Positions 46,699 through 46,699 of a stretch of 46,699 nt of DNA are shown piece by piece. Source of the stretch: Neophaeotheca triangularis (lineage: Eukaryota); contig BAAIJX010000097.1 in the NCBI GenBank assembly GCA_054600435.1, positions 1-46,699 of the forward strand, given 5' to 3'. The notes below the pieces were generated by a model that was not told the DNA's origin, searched no databases, and saw nothing but the letters and a program-made list of their open reading frames with translations. The position numbers and the translations under genes are program-made. Numbering within the stretch: the first letter of the stretch is position 1; every line of letters starts with the position of its first letter.

Positions 46699-46699
46699 C

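Overview
Eukaryotic DNA from a filamentous ascomycete. The GT..AG introns with CTRAC/CTAAC branch sites, the gene content and the codon style suggest a Dothideomycete, but the taxon is inference only. Recognisable conserved genes, assembled by hand across introns: CRT10-like (-), a stand-alone GH3 NAGase C-terminal-like protein (+), NAD-dependent formate dehydrogenase (-), Mso1-like (+), Gyp7 Rab-GAP (+), a double F-box-like protein (-), Pga1-like (-), aminodeoxychorismate synthase Abz1 (+), exportin Cse1 (-) and a SWIRM protein (-). Between them lie accessory or decaying segments: a RIP-like repeat-rich block (6.5-9 kb), a FAD monooxygenase with an in-frame stop, a frameshifted HEXXH metalloprotease with an Ecp2-like tail, and unassignable remnants (13-15.5 kb, 24-28 kb). 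The best candidate for a novel system is a head-to-head pair at 32.8-37.7 kb. One gene encodes a HeLo-like N-terminus plus a pseudokinase-like domain (MLKL-like layout). The other encodes a helical domain and C2H2 zinc fingers with a grafted RfeG-like module, as in a sensor with an integrated decoy. Also notable are a stop-free first intron of fdh that would encode a mitochondrial presequence if retained, and a Pga1-like gene separated from an in-frame F-box ORF by one TGA. All family assignments are from motif recognition, not database searches.
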